From Planctomycetota bacterium (GTDB lineage: Bacteria; Planctomycetota; B15-G4; JADJEK01), in NCBI GenBank assembly GCA_044225365.1, contig JBGAIQ010000009.1, positions 96,462 to 160,461 of the forward strand: a stretch of DNA of 64,000 nt, given 5' to 3'. The translations under genes were made by a program, and so were the position numbers. The notes below the pieces were generated by a model. That model searched no databases. It had not been told where the DNA came from and saw only the letters and a list, made by a program, of their open reading frames with translations. Positions within the stretch are counted from its first letter, which is position 1; the number at the start of each line of letters is the position of its first letter. Positions 1-11,007 of the stretch are shown here, one piece after another.

Positions 1-941
1 ACGTACTCGAGCTTCGACTTCGAGGGCGTCGTGACCGTGGCCGTGCGAGCCGGCGTGGAGCGCAGTTCGAAGGCGCCCGCAGCCGTCGTGACGATCGTCG
101 CGCGCGGATCCGGATGTGCGATCGTGATCGGCGCATTGCGCGTCGACGCGATCCCCGCGAGTCGACCGTCGCTTCCGTACGTGAAGTCCATCGCGAAGCT
201 CGCGTCGGACGCCGCGATCCGGACGAGTCGCCCGTTCTCCACCGTGAGGCCATAGCCGAGATCGTCCGTGACCTCGACCCGCGCGCCCGTCGGCAGCGAC
301 TTCCATACCGCGCTCGTATCGGCCCCCTCGATTCGTACGCGACGCATCTCACCGTCGGTCGTCACGACCCCCGTCGAATGCAGCGCCGATCCGAGATTGC
401 GAACGGAGCACGCCTCGAACACCGCCCCCGCCCGAAGATCTTTCAATTCGAACTCGACGACGTGATCCTTGCGGCGAGCACGAGCGAGCGGCGCGCCTTC
501 GCGCGCCCGTTCGATCGTGAGCCACCAATCACCCTCGTTCTCCTCCGCGCGGCCACGGTACACGCCTTCACCGAAAGAGGGCTCGGCGACGAACTCGACG
601 AGGCGCCCATCGTCGGTGAGCAGTCGCGGCGACTCCCCCCATTCGAGGCGTTGACCGAACGAACGCGTCCATCCCGGTCCGAGTCCCTCGGGGTCGGGAG
701 CGTCGGCGGTCGACGTGTCGTTGTAGTAGAGGACGAAGGGAGTGCGCGGAAGCTGCGTGACGAAGATCATGCCCCCCGTCGCGGGTAGGAGGCAGATCCC
801 GGAGTCCTCGATTGGGTAAGCGACGTCGCTGCCGATCGGGAGCCCGACTCCGCGCGAAGCCGAGCCGAGGTGATCGGCGCCGGACGAGGCCGGAACCGTC
901 GAGCACCACAGTGCGAGTATGCAGGTAAGGAGTGACATCAT
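1..941 (-). CDS. YD-repeat/Rhs-family secreted protein, N-terminal part (continues beyond window start)
   Basis: Reverse-strand reading frame from ATG at 941 running open to position 1, so it is not in the supplied track (no stop in window). Translation MMSLLTCILALWCSTVPASSGA... shows a Sec signal peptide. It contains a GLGPGW motif and YD-type repeats (FTYGSDGRLAGIAS, TVENGRLVRIAAS). Composition is not Arg-rich, unlike the competing plus-strand ORF 114..788. Start lies 12 bp after the stop of the upstream Rhs gene. Confidence 0.55.
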   Translation of the reverse strand, partial: MMSLLTCILALWCSTVPASSGADHLGSASRGVGLPIGSDVAYPIEDSGICLLPATGGMIFVTQLPRTPFVLYYNDTSTADAPDPEGLGPGWTRSFGQRLEWGESPRLLTDDGRLVEFVAEPSFGEGVYRGRAEENEGDWWLTIERAREGAPLARARRKDHVVEFELKDLRAGAVFEACSVRNLGSALHSTGVVTTDGEMRRVRIEGADTSAVWKSLPTGARVEVTDDLGYGLTVENGRLVRIAASDASFAMDFTYGSDGRLAGIASTRNAPITIAHPDPRATIVTTAAGAFELRSTPARTATVTTPSKSKLEY

Positions 942-952
942 GGCTCCTCCTC

Positions 953-3900
953 TCAGTGTCCTTGCTTCGTCCGAGTGTGTCGGCACTCGCAAGGGCTCTC
1001 GGCCATGTCGAGGAACCCCGCCAAACGGTCCGCATGTTCCTTGATGTCGTTCATTGCCTTCTGCATCGTCGGATGCTCGATGGATGTCGCAGGAATCGGT
1101 TTACCGTCTCGGCCGGGCGCTGTCGGTCCGGTCAAGGAATAACCATCTCCAATGACGGTGACCCGGGTCAGCTTTGGATCCGATGTATCCGGCACGTCGT
1201 GCGTCGGCTGACTCAGCATTCCATTGTGGACGACATCCGCCCACAGCATGATCGTGACGCTGCCGAACTGGTACTGATTCCAGATCTCGTTGATGATTCG
1301 CTTCCTCTGCAGTTCCCATTTCTCCTTCGCGTCGACATACGCCGCCATCGAATCATGCGTCATGAACGACTTGATTCCAGCGAGCGAGTTGAGCGCGTTT
1401 TGTAGGAAACGCTCCACGAAGGAGTACAAGAGCACGGCGTGGACCATTTCGTGGAAGTAGGCGGACTCCGTGATTCCTTTTCCAACCACTCTCAGCGTCT
1501 TATCAGGAGCCATGACGCTGGAATTCAGGGCTGCGATCTGCACCTTGATGCTGAAATCGGAATCTCCCGAGTGGGAGGTCCTCGCGTGATCCGTCTCGGC
1601 CGGATAGCACGGCGGATCCATCACGGGATTCACGTAGACGTACTTCTCGGAGTAGATGTCCACGCTGTCGAGCTCGGTGACGCCAAAGACCAGGCCTCCC
1701 AGCGCCTCCGAGAAGGCGACGCCAGCCAACTTCGGTCGCTGGATCTCACCGAGCACCCGACCGACCGTGCATAGGCCACTAGGATCGACGAAATCGACCG
1801 GATCGTCGCCGACCCGGCTGTATTCCTTCTGGAGCGAGCTGGCGCGAATCGGATCCGGCTCCACGAACCGGCAATCCTCCGGATCGTACATCCGAGCGCC
1901 GTTCCAGTAGATCCCGTGGTTCGCGTCCCAGCGCATGCCCTGGAACCGGTCGACGTTCCACGTCGCGCCGCTCGTTCCGAGCGAGCCCCCGAAGGGATAG
2001 TACTCGAACCCCGCGGTCGCGAGCGTCGACTCGTCGAGCGTGCGCACCACGCTGCCCGTGATCGGATCGGCGAGCACGACGTGATCGACGCCGGATCGCT
2101 CGGACCAGATCTTCTGATCGATGCCGGTACCGAAATCCTCCTCCTCGAGTACCCAGTTGTTGTAGGAAAGAACGGGCTCGCCGTTGGGATCGAGCGTGAA
2201 GTAACGAATCGTCGAGCCCGTCACGGCACCGAGGATCGAGCCGAACGGATCGCGATAGAACTGGGTGGTGACGGCGCCGGTCGTGAGGGTCGCGATGCGG
2301 CCCCAGGCATCGTAGGTGTAGGTGCGAGTCGAAGCGCCGTTCGATCGCGAGGTCACGCGGCCCGCTGCGTCGTACGCGTACGTCGTCGTTGCGCTACCCT
2401 TCTGTGCCGTGATCAGGCGACTCGCCTGGTCGTAGCCAAAGGTCGTCGTCACGCCGGACTGCGTGGAAGTCGCGATGCGGCCGGCGGCGTCGTAAGTCAG
2501 GCTGGAGGTATACGCATTCGGTCCGGTTCGCTTGCTCGACGCCAGCGCACCGAACGATGTGTAGGTGAACGTCTCGCTGTCGCCCGCCGCGTGATCGATT
2601 TGCGAGACGCGATCTTCGCCATTGTATTTGTAAACGCGGTGCACCAGCGTCGTGCTCGATCGCGCGGCCGAGTAGTCGTTCAGTCGACCGCATCCGTCGA
2701 ATGCGAATCTCTCGTCGACGAGGCCGCGGATCCTTCGAAGCACGATGCGACCGATCGAATCGTACGTAAAGCTCGTCATCGGTTCGGTGATGCTTCCCCG
2801 TACGAGGTCGATCGATGAGATTCGACTCATCGAATCGTAGGAATACGAGAATGCATCGCCGTTCGGAACGACTCGCGCGATGAGGCGCCCTGTCGAATCG
2901 TAGTAATACGAGAACACCTCCCCGAATCCATTGGAGAACGACGTGACCCGCCCCGACGCGTCGTAAGCGTACTGATACCAGGTCGTGCCTTCCTGGATCG
3001 CGGCGAGGCGATCGTGCGCGTCGTACGTGTAACTGCGCGTCGCACCACCGATGCTCGAGCTGGATTGCGTGAGCTTGCCCGAGGCGTCGTAGGCGAAGGA
3101 ATACGTGACACCACCGGGCTCGGTCTGACTCGTGAGTCGACCGTTCGCATCATGCGTGAGGGTGAACGTCTGCGTACCGTGGACGACCGTAGCGAGGTTG
3201 CCGAGCGCGTCGTAGGAATACGACCACGCGAGATCACCGCCGTTCTTCTTGTACGTGAGGCGGCCGAGGGAGTCGTACGCGTACGTCACGGCCGGCGCGC
3301 CGTCGGGGGTCGACGTGAGGGGCTGACCCGCGAGATTGTAGGTATACGAACACCCATACCCCGTCGGATGGACCATGCGCGAAAGTCGGCCGTTCACGTC
3401 GTACGAGTAGGTCGTCGTCAGCACGGTGCTCGTCGACTGGGCAACGGGGTATTTCTTCACGGATACGAGCCGACCGCCCGAATCGTAGGTCTGGTCGATC
3501 CGAATCTCGCTCGAGGTCCCCGGAGCGAGTTTCGATACGGTGAGTCGACCGACGACGTCGTAGGCGAAGGTCGCCACCAGCACGCCGTTCTGCCGGACTT
3601 CCGTGCAGCGCCCCGCCGCATCCCGCGTGTAGGTCGTGGTCACACCGCCGCAGGTCGTGGACACGAGATCCGTGTAGAGGAATTGCGACGTGCTCGGCAT
3701 GGACCCCGAGGCGGCGTGCGACGTCTCGAGCCCTGCGAGGTTGTAGGCGCGTTGCAGTACGACGGCGGGATCGGAGTCGTTCGCGAGGCCATCGCTGTTC
3801 GAATCGATCCAGGGGCCGGTCTCGGTGACGGGGCGGCCCAGCGCATCGCGAGCGACCACGGTCGTCCGACCTCCCGAATCCACCGCGCGCGTGAGTCGGT

Positions 3901-4978
3901 CGGCGGCATCGTAGTCGTAGGTCGCCGTGCCGAGACCGAAGTACGTGTGCGACGTCTCCTGGTTCCGCGCTCCGAACGCGACCGACTCCTGCGGAGTCAT
4001 CGCGCCATCGAAAGTGGTCGCCTGGCGATTCAGCGCGTCGAACTGCGCCGCCTCGAGCACCGACGTCTGGTTCGCGATCATGGTCTGAACGCCGGCGAGC
4101 GAGGCGGCGGGACCATGGCGCGAAACGACGTTGCCCGACGCGTCGTAGCGGTTGCCGATCCACGTGACATTGCTCGACGTCGTGCGGATTCCCTGCGCTT
4201 CGATCCGTCCGGCGGAGTCGTACGACGTGAATTCGCTGCCGAGCGCGGTCGAGACTCCCGGGCGCGTGACTTTGATCACGCGATGCTGCGAATCGTAGTC
4301 GAAGTACGTGACGAGACCGTTGGGATCGGTCTCCGAGATCTTGTCGTGCGTCGCGTTGTAGGACCGGAACGTGATCGCGCCGGCCTCATTGCGGATCTGG
4401 ACCAGGTCGCCGTTCGAGTCGTAAGTGAATTGGCGATATTGACCCGCGGTGATCATCGCCTGAACGTCGGTCTGCGTGAACGCGGGTCCCGCGCTCTGGA
4501 TCACGCGCCCCATCGAATCGAGCGTGTCGAGGGTGATGCCCCCGCGGAAATCGGTCGTCATCGTCCGATTGCCCGCGAGATACGCGAAGGTCCAGGTGTA
4601 CGTCTCGGTGCCATTCGTCGCGGTCCGTGACGCGAGGCGACCCATCGAATCGTAGGTGTACGACTCGGTCAGCGCCCCGCCCTGGCGACTGTGGCTCGTC
4701 ACTCGGTACTGCGCATCCCACGTCCAGTTCTCGATCTGCCCACCGGGATGCGTCGCCTGCTGCAGGAGCGAGTAGCCGCCGGAATACGTGTACGTGTAGT
4801 TGTGCGTCTGAGCGGCGAGTTCCGCCGGATTCGGCACCGGACCGTACACCGGTCCACGGTGCTGGGTCACGTTGCCGAAGGCGTCGTACTGGAAGTCCTC
4901 GTAGAGTGATTGGGCGCTGGCAATTCCCGCCAGCGACATGGCTGCGGCGAAGAGCGAGACGGGGAGACGGAGCGACAT
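953..4978 (-). CDS. Rhs repeat protein (1341 aa): Sec signal peptide, RHS core, C-terminal HExxH metallopeptidase-like polymorphic toxin domain
   Basis: N-terminus MSLRLPVSLFAAAMSLAGIASAQS is signal-like. Dozens of YD repeats (YTYDAHDRL, YAYDASGRV, FAYDGCGRL...). RHS core end signature GARMYDPEDCRFVEPDPI, then the DPSGL autoproteolysis-type motif. The ~350-aa variable tail contains AYFHEMVHAV (HExxH). Confidence 0.9.
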   Translation of the reverse strand: MSLRLPVSLFAAAMSLAGIASAQSLYEDFQYDAFGNVTQHRGPVYGPVPNPAELAAQTHNYTYTYSGGYSLLQQATHPGGQIENWTWDAQYRVTSHSRQGGALTESYTYDSMGRLASRTATNGTETYTWTFAYLAGNRTMTTDFRGGITLDTLDSMGRVIQSAGPAFTQTDVQAMITAGQYRQFTYDSNGDLVQIRNEAGAITFRSYNATHDKISETDPNGLVTYFDYDSQHRVIKVTRPGVSTALGSEFTSYDSAGRIEAQGIRTTSSNVTWIGNRYDASGNVVSRHGPAASLAGVQTMIANQTSVLEAAQFDALNRQATTFDGAMTPQESVAFGARNQETSHTYFGLGTATYDYDAADRLTRAVDSGGRTTVVARDALGRPVTETGPWIDSNSDGLANDSDPAVVLQRAYNLAGLETSHAASGSMPSTSQFLYTDLVSTTCGGVTTTYTRDAAGRCTEVRQNGVLVATFAYDVVGRLTVSKLAPGTSSEIRIDQTYDSGGRLVSVKKYPVAQSTSTVLTTTYSYDVNGRLSRMVHPTGYGCSYTYNLAGQPLTSTPDGAPAVTYAYDSLGRLTYKKNGGDLAWSYSYDALGNLATVVHGTQTFTLTHDANGRLTSQTEPGGVTYSFAYDASGKLTQSSSSIGGATRSYTYDAHDRLAAIQEGTTWYQYAYDASGRVTSFSNGFGEVFSYYYDSTGRLIARVVPNGDAFSYSYDSMSRISSIDLVRGSITEPMTSFTYDSIGRIVLRRIRGLVDERFAFDGCGRLNDYSAARSSTTLVHRVYKYNGEDRVSQIDHAAGDSETFTYTSFGALASSKRTGPNAYTSSLTYDAAGRIATSTQSGVTTTFGYDQASRLITAQKGSATTTYAYDAAGRVTSRSNGASTRTYTYDAWGRIATLTTGAVTTQFYRDPFGSILGAVTGSTIRYFTLDPNGEPVLSYNNWVLEEEDFGTGIDQKIWSERSGVDHVVLADPITGSVVRTLDESTLATAGFEYYPFGGSLGTSGATWNVDRFQGMRWDANHGIYWNGARMYDPEDCRFVEPDPIRASSLQKEYSRVGDDPVDFVDPSGLCTVGRVLGEIQRPKLAGVAFSEALGGLVFGVTELDSVDIYSEKYVYVNPVMDPPCYPAETDHARTSHSGDSDFSIKVQIAALNSSVMAPDKTLRVVGKGITESAYFHEMVHAVLLYSFVERFLQNALNSLAGIKSFMTHDSMAAYVDAKEKWELQRKRIINEIWNQYQFGSVTIMLWADVVHNGMLSQPTHDVPDTSDPKLTRVTVIGDGYSLTGPTAPGRDGKPIPATSIEHPTMQKAMNDIKEHADRLAGFLDMAESPCECRHTRTKQGH

Positions 4979-5096
4979 CGGGAATCCTCGAAGCGGTGGC
5001 GATGGTCGGGACCACCTGGGACGAGCGAGGATGCCGCGGCGACGTCACGCGGGATTCACGACTTTTTTTCCGTCCGTGGACGCCGCGGCGAACCGA

Positions 5097-8000
5097 TCAG
5101 GAGCGAAGAACGCGATCGGCCTCGCGCACGACGGCTGCGTTGAACAGATCGCTGGTCAGGAACGCCTCGCGCCGCTGGGCGTCCTCGATTCCCGTACTGC
5201 GCTCGAGCACGAGGTCGCGTGCCCGCACGAGGAACTCGCGAGCCTCGTCCTCACGATCGATCGCCTTCAGGCAGCGATAGTGGATGAACGACAGCTCGGC
5301 CTGGCGCTTCCTCGCGGCCTGGTGCGTCTCCAGGAACTTCATGCCCTTCTTGCTGACGGCGAGGGCGAACTTGGACTTGCCCTGCGCGAGGTAGGCGACG
5401 GCGAGCGCGGCGTAGGCGTAGGCCTCCTGTCGCGCAAGCTCGTACTTCTGCGCGATCGCCACGCCCGAGGCGGCATACGTCGCGGCGACGGCGGGGTCGC
5501 GCTCCGGATTCTGATTCGCGATGAAGAGGAGGGCGAGGGCGACGTGCGTGTACACCTCGAACGGCGCATCCGAGGTCATCTTGAACAGATCGAGCGCGCG
5601 TTCGAGGCGGGCCCTTGCTTCGGCATGGCGACGCGCTCGCATCGCGAGTTCGCCAGAGACGTACAGCGCGCGAGCCTTCAACGCCTGATCGGAGTTGGCC
5701 TCGGCGATCGTGAGCGCCGCGTCCGCGGACTTCTCGGCGCGTTCGAGGTCGCCGAGCTCGCGATAGGTCCTTGCGAGCTGAAAGAACGCGCGGCCCCGAC
5801 CGCGTTGATCCTCGAGTCGCTCGAAGAGCGCGAGGGCCTGCTTCTGCGTCTCGAGGGCGAGCTCGAGACGATCCGTCGCGAGATAGAGCTGGCCGAAGAT
5901 GAGGAAGCCGTAGGCGCGTCCCAGCTCGTCCCCCGCCGCAGCGGCGAGTTCGTCGGCACGCTTCAATTCGTCGTCATAATCGGTCTGACCGAGCGTCTCG
6001 AGCACGGCGGCCTCGACGCGGAGCGAGCGCGCCTCGAGCGCGAGATCACCCGCACGTCGCGCCGCCTCGCGCGAACGCTCGCAATGCTGCAGCGCCGCGA
6101 ACACGCGGCCGGTGGACGAGTCGTACGCAGCGAGTTCGACCTCGACCTGCGCGATGCGTCGATCGTCGTTGGCCGTGAGCGCTACGCGGGCGGCGGAGCG
6201 CAGCAATTCGCCCTGCCGCGCGCGCTGTCCCAGATGACCGTAGACCGAAGCCGCGCCGAGGAAGAGGGCCACGCGATCCGAGGCGACGATCGTGGCATCG
6301 TCGTCGGAAACCTGCGACAGGTGGTCGAGCGCCTTGTCGGCGAGCCGCTGCGCTCGCTCGTGGAGGTTGCGGTCCTCGCAGAAGTCCACGGCACCGATCA
6401 GATACCTGGCGGCGCGCGAGTGCGCCTCCGCGAAGGAGAAGTGGATGCCGGCTTCGTAGTTCGCGCGCGTCGCGGCGTGCGGGTCGGTGGACGACCGCGC
6501 GTGGATCTGCGCGACCGTCAGGTGATATTCGCGACGCAGGGCGGGATCGATCCCGAGGTACACCCGTTCACGCAGCAAGTGATGATCGAAGCGGTAGGCG
6601 TCGTCGAACGATCGAACGAGGTGATAGCGCTGGGTCAGTCGCGAGAGAACCTCGGAGGCCTTGAGGAGGTCGAGCCCGAGTCCCTCGATGACCGGCTCGG
6701 GTTTGAATCGCGCGCCGAACACCGACGCGAATTCGAGGAAGCGCTTCGCTTCGGCATCGATGTCCTCGAGCCTTCGCGCGAGCAGGTCGAGCACCGATTT
6801 CGGCAACGGCAGGCGCTTCAGCTCGGCGGGCTTGATCGAGCGCAGCTTGCCGCGCCGTTCCAGGTCGTCGATCAGCGCGAACAGGAAGCCGGGATTGCCT
6901 TCGCTCGCTTCGTGGAGGCGCTTGCCGAGAGATTTCAGGAGCGCCGGCGGAACGCCGACGTCCCGCAGCACGGAGCGGACGGCGGTGTCGTCGAGCCGCT
7001 CGAGCGTGACGTGGAGCGCTTCCTTCAGCTCGAACAGCTTCTTGAAGAACGGCGCCGACGGCGGCTCGCCCGGCATCGTCTCGGCGAGTGCGCTCTCGCG
7101 GGCCGTGAGCACGATGGCGATCGGGAACACCGCGAGCGTCGAGGCGAGTGCGAGCAAGGCGCGGAGCGAACCGCGATCGGCCCACTGGATCTCCTCGATC
7201 ACGAGGAAGATCGGCGAGCGCACCGACAGCGTGCGCAGGACCTCCGCGTACAGCGCGGGGACGGCTTCCGGCGGCAGTTGCTTCGCTGCCGAAGAACCGG
7301 CGAGCGCGCTCGCGCCCGGCGCATTCGTCCCGCCGGATGCGACGCCCGCGCCGCCTTCACCGAGAACGAGGGAAGCGAAAGCGTCGGCGAAGACGCGGCG
7401 CTCGGGCAGGTTCTCGCGCAACTTCTCGGCGAGCACGCGCGTGCGATCGGCGCGCGGGACCGCGTCGACGCCGAGGGCCATCAGCAGCGCCTCGTTCAGT
7501 GCGTAGTACGGCGTCGCTGCCGCTTGATCGAGGAAGCGCGAGACGAGGACCTGCGCGCCGAGCGGCTCGATCTCCTCGGACTCGAGTGCGCTATCGATGA
7601 GGCGCGATTTGCCGATCCCGGTCTCGCCGGTGACGACGACGACCCGTCCGCTCCGCGCGACGGCGGCCGTGCGCAATGCGTCGACGAGCGCGCCGCGCGC
7701 GGCGTCCCGTCCGTAGACCCGAGTCGCACGACGCACGCGCAATCGTCGCCGCGAACGCGACAGGTGCGCCTCCATGGCTTCGCCCTCGACGTAGGCCTTC
7801 CACCAGTCCGATTCCTCGCGTTCCTCGAGGATGCGAAGGAGGCGCGATGCCGGCTGGAGACGCCGCGCCGGGTCTTTCTCGAGCGCCTGCGCGACCACCC
7901 GCTCGAAGAAGTACGAAACGTCGGGCGCGAACGCCGAGACGGGACGCGGGACGAGCCTCGTCTGATTCGCCATCGTCGACGGCAGATCGGGACCGTGGAA

Positions 8001-8664
8001 CGGATTGAATCCCGTGAGGCACTCGTAGGCGGTGACGCCGAGCGAGTAGAGGTCGGTCGCCTTGCCGATCGGCCCGCTCGCGATCTGCTCGGGCGACGAA
8101 TACGCGGCGCTGCCGACGAACGTGCCGGGCAGCGAGATCTCCGTCCCCGGCTCCACGAGCCGCGAGAGTCCGAGATCGACGATGTGGAGATGGTCCTCGG
8201 CGTCGAGGAACAGGTTCCCGGGTTTGATGTCCCGGTGCAGGATGTCGTGCTCGTGGAGCGCCGCGAGCGCCGCGACGCCCTGTCGATAGACGTGGAACGC
8301 TCGGCTCTCGCTCATCCTCCCGTCGTCGTCGAGGACCTTCGAGAGCGTGCGCCCTCGCAGATACTCCATGACGATGAAGTGGAGCGTCTCGCCGCCCACC
8401 TTCTCGCTGCCGACGTCGTAGGTCGCGACCACGTTCTCGTGCTTGATCGCGAGGCCGACCCCGGCTTCGCGTTTGAATCGCCGGAGGATGTCCTCGTCGG
8501 CCGCGAGGTGCGGATGCAGGATCTTGAGCGCGACCTCGACGCCCACGCGCAGACCCTTCTTCGCCTTCACCACCTCGGCGAGGAAGACCGTTCCCATGCC
8601 GCCCGCGCCAAGGCGCTTGACGACGCGGTAGTTCTTGATGGTCTTGCCCTCGAGATCGTTCACG
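5097..8664 (-). CDS. Ser/Thr protein kinase fused to AAA/STAND-type NTPase and TPR repeats
   Basis: Kinase motifs LGAGGMGTVFLAEV, VALKIL, HRDIKPGNLFL, DLGLS, SPEQ. Walker A VVVVTGETGIGKSRL follows, then long TPR-like helical repeats. The track ORF starts at 8762, which is only 13 bp from the divergent cysS start. An in-frame GTG at 8664 (VNDLEGKTIKNYRVV, just before the G-loop) is the more likely start; the true start is uncertain between 8664 and 8762. Confidence 0.85.
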
Positions 8665-8775
8665 CACGTACTTTCGTTGTCAGGATCGAAGCTGGCGATT
8701 ATAGTCCGTGGCAGCGTAGGGCAAGCGTAAGCGATTGCGAGCGCGCTTTTAACGCACAGCAAACGGCAAAACCCA

Positions 8776-10203
8776 GTGATCCGCTTCTACAACACACTTT
8801 CGCGTCAGATCGAGGAGTTCGTCCCGCAGGAGAAGGGCAAGGTCCGCATGTACAACTGCGGCCCGACCGTCTACTCCAACCCCCACATCGGGAACTACCG
8901 CGCCTATGCGTTCTGCGATCTCCTGCGCCGCGTGCTCGAGATGGCGGGTTACTCCGTCACCCAGATCATGAACATCACGGACGTCGGGCACCTGCGCGAC
9001 GAGCGCAACGACGCCGGCGACGACCGGATGGAAGCGGCCGCGCGCGCGGAGCGGGTCGATCCGCAAACGATCGCGAAGCGCTACACCGATGAGTTCTTCG
9101 CCGGTCTCGAACTGCTCGGCATTCGCCGAGCGCACGAGCATCCGCGCGCTTCCGACAACGTGAAGCAGATGATCGAGATCATCGAATCGTTGATCGCGAA
9201 GGGCTTCGCCTACGTCGTCGATCACGAGGTCTACTTCGACGTGCCGAAGTTCCACGGCTACGGCAAGCTCTCCGGCAACGTCGGCGAAGAGGTCGAAGCC
9301 GGCGCTGGCGAGCGCGTCGCCGCCTCGGTCCTCGCGAAGAAACACGACAAGCGCGACTTCGCGCTGTGGAAGCACGATCCCGCGCATCTCCAGCAATGGG
9401 ATTCACCGTGGGGCCGCGGATTCCCGGGCTGGCACATCGAATGCTCGGCGATGGCGCGCCGCTATCTCGGCGACACGCTCGACATCCACACCGGCGGCAT
9501 CGACAACATGTTCCCGCACCACGAGTGCGAGATCGCGCAGAGCGAGGCATTCACGGGCAAGCCGTTCGTGCGCTACTGGCTCCACGCGGCGCACCTCGTG
9601 CTCGAAGGCGAGAAGATGTCGAAGTCGCTCGGCAACGTCCTGTTGCCGAGCGACCTCGTGAAGGACGGCGTGCCGGCGCGCGCGATCCGGTTCTACTTGC
9701 AGTCGGTGCACTACCGGCAGCCGATGAACTTCACGCGCGAAGAGTTGAAAGCGAAGTCCGCCGCGCTCGAGCGACTCCTCAACTTCTACGACGACATGCG
9801 GCATCGCGAGAAGAGCGGGAGCGACGCGCCGGTCACGGATTCGTTCCGCGCGCTCGTCGACACGGCCGCCGCACGCTTCCGCGATTGCCTCTACGACGAC
9901 CTCAATTCGTCCGGCGCGCTCGGTGCGATCTTCGAGATGATGAACGCCGTGAACGCGGCGTCGCCCGGAAAGGTCGGCGCCGCCCTCGTCACGAAGTTCC
10001 TGCGCGAGGCCGACTCGATCCTCGGCGTGCTGCCAATGGACACGCTCGATCTCGAATCGGAGATCGAAGCGAAGATCGCGCAGCGCGAAGCGGCGCGGAA
10101 GGCTCGCGATTTCAAGCTCTCCGACTCGATCCGCGACGAACTGCTCGCGCGCGGCATCACGCTGCTCGACACACCGCAAGGCGTGCGTTGGCGCAAATCT
10201 TGA
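8776..10203 (+). CDS. cysS: cysteine--tRNA ligase
   Basis: Class I aaRS motifs HIGN ([17 protein letters not shown]) and KMSKS. Zn-binding region HIECSAM...[15 protein letters not shown]. Full-length, ~475 aa, GTG start. Confidence 0.95.
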   Translation: MIRFYNTLSRQIEEFVPQEKGKVRMYNCGPTVYSNPHIGNYRAYAFCDLLRRVLEMAGYSVTQIMNITDVGHLRDERNDAGDDRMEAAARAERVDPQTIAKRYTDEFFAGLELLGIRRAHEHPRASDNVKQMIEIIESLIAKGFAYVVDHEVYFDVPKFHGYGKLSGNVGEEVEAGAGERVAASVLAKKHDKRDFALWKHDPAHLQQWDSPWGRGFPGWHIECSAMARRYLGDTLDIHTGGIDNMFPHHECEIAQSEAFTGKPFVRYWLHAAHLVLEGEKMSKSLGNVLLPSDLVKDGVPARAIRFYLQSVHYRQPMNFTREELKAKSAALERLLNFYDDMRHREKSGSDAPVTDSFRALVDTAAARFRDCLYDDLNSSGALGAIFEMMNAVNAASPGKVGAALVTKFLREADSILGVLPMDTLDLESEIEAKIAQREAARKARDFKLSDSIRDELLARGITLLDTPQGVRWRKS

Positions 10204-10215
10204 GCGTCGTGCGCC

Positions 10216-11007
10216 TCACGGCGCGCGGCGTCTCAGCTCCGACTCGAACGCGGCGCGGTGACTTCGACTGAGCGTCACCTGTTCGCCCGATGAGAGTTCG
10301 ATGCGAGCATCGCCCGCCGGCATCTTGGTGATCGTGACCACCGCGCCAACGCGGACGAGCGCCGAACGGTGCACGCGGACGAATCCAGAGGCGGCGAGCT
10401 CGCGTTCGGCTTGCGCGAGCGTCCGTCGCTCGAGGAGCGCTTCTCCCTTGCGATGCACCATCACGTAGTTCGAACGAGCCTCGATCCACTCGATCTCTTC
10501 GAGCGGGACGAGCACGATTCGACCGCGTTGCCGCACGATGAAGTTCGTTCGCCTGCGCGTCGCGGTCGCGTCGACGAGACGCTTCAGGTCCTGCTCGCGC
10601 GAGTGCGCTTCGTCACCGCCATCGCCGAACGCCGGTAGGGCACGCTTTGCGCGATCGAGCGCTCGCAGGAGTCGCTCACGATCGAACGGCTTCAGCAGGT
10701 AATCGAGCGCGTGGACGTCGAACGCCTTGAGCGCGTACCGATCGTACGCCGTCACGAAGATCACGACAGGAGGAGTGCCCTCGATTCGCGACAGCACCTC
10801 GAATCCATCGATTCCGGGCATCTGGACGTCCAGCAGTACCAGGTCCGGTCGTCTTTCCTCGATCCACTCCAGTGCCTCGATCCCGTCCTTTGCCTCCCCC
10901 ACGAGCTCGAATTCGGGCAGCGTCGCCAGGTCGTCGACGAGTCCGCGGCGTGCGATCGGCTCGTCCTCCGCGATGAGCACGGTGATGCGACGCCGCGCCG
11001 TCGTCAT
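10216..11007 (-). CDS. LytTR-family two-component response regulator
   Basis: Receiver domain (VLIAEDEPIARRGL...LLDVQMPGIDGFEVL...VIFVTAY) plus C-terminal LytTR DNA-binding domain (IVLVPLEEIEWIEARSNYVMVHRKGE...VHRSALVRV). The track ORF 10216..12099 carries a spurious Arg-rich N-terminal extension. Real start is MTTARRRITV at 11007, overlapping the HK stop in an ATGA junction. Confidence 0.9.
   Translation of the reverse strand: MTTARRRITVLIAEDEPIARRGLVDDLATLPEFELVGEAKDGIEALEWIEERRPDLVLLDVQMPGIDGFEVLSRIEGTPPVVIFVTAYDRYALKAFDVHALDYLLKPFDRERLLRALDRAKRALPAFGDGGDEAHSREQDLKRLVDATATRRRTNFIVRQRGRIVLVPLEEIEWIEARSNYVMVHRKGEALLERRTLAQAERELAASGFVRVHRSALVRVGAVVTITKMPAGDARIELSSGEQVTLSRSHRAAFESELRRRAP

Noticed and set aside
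114-788. 224-aa plus-strand ORF at window start
   Set aside because: Arg-rich. The opposite strand encodes a signal-peptide YD-repeat protein contiguous with the Rhs locus.
4938-9092. 1384-aa plus-strand ORF
   Set aside because: Antisense to the well-supported kinase gene. Arg/Ala/Gly-rich low-complexity translation with no motifs. A typical high-GC antisense artefact.
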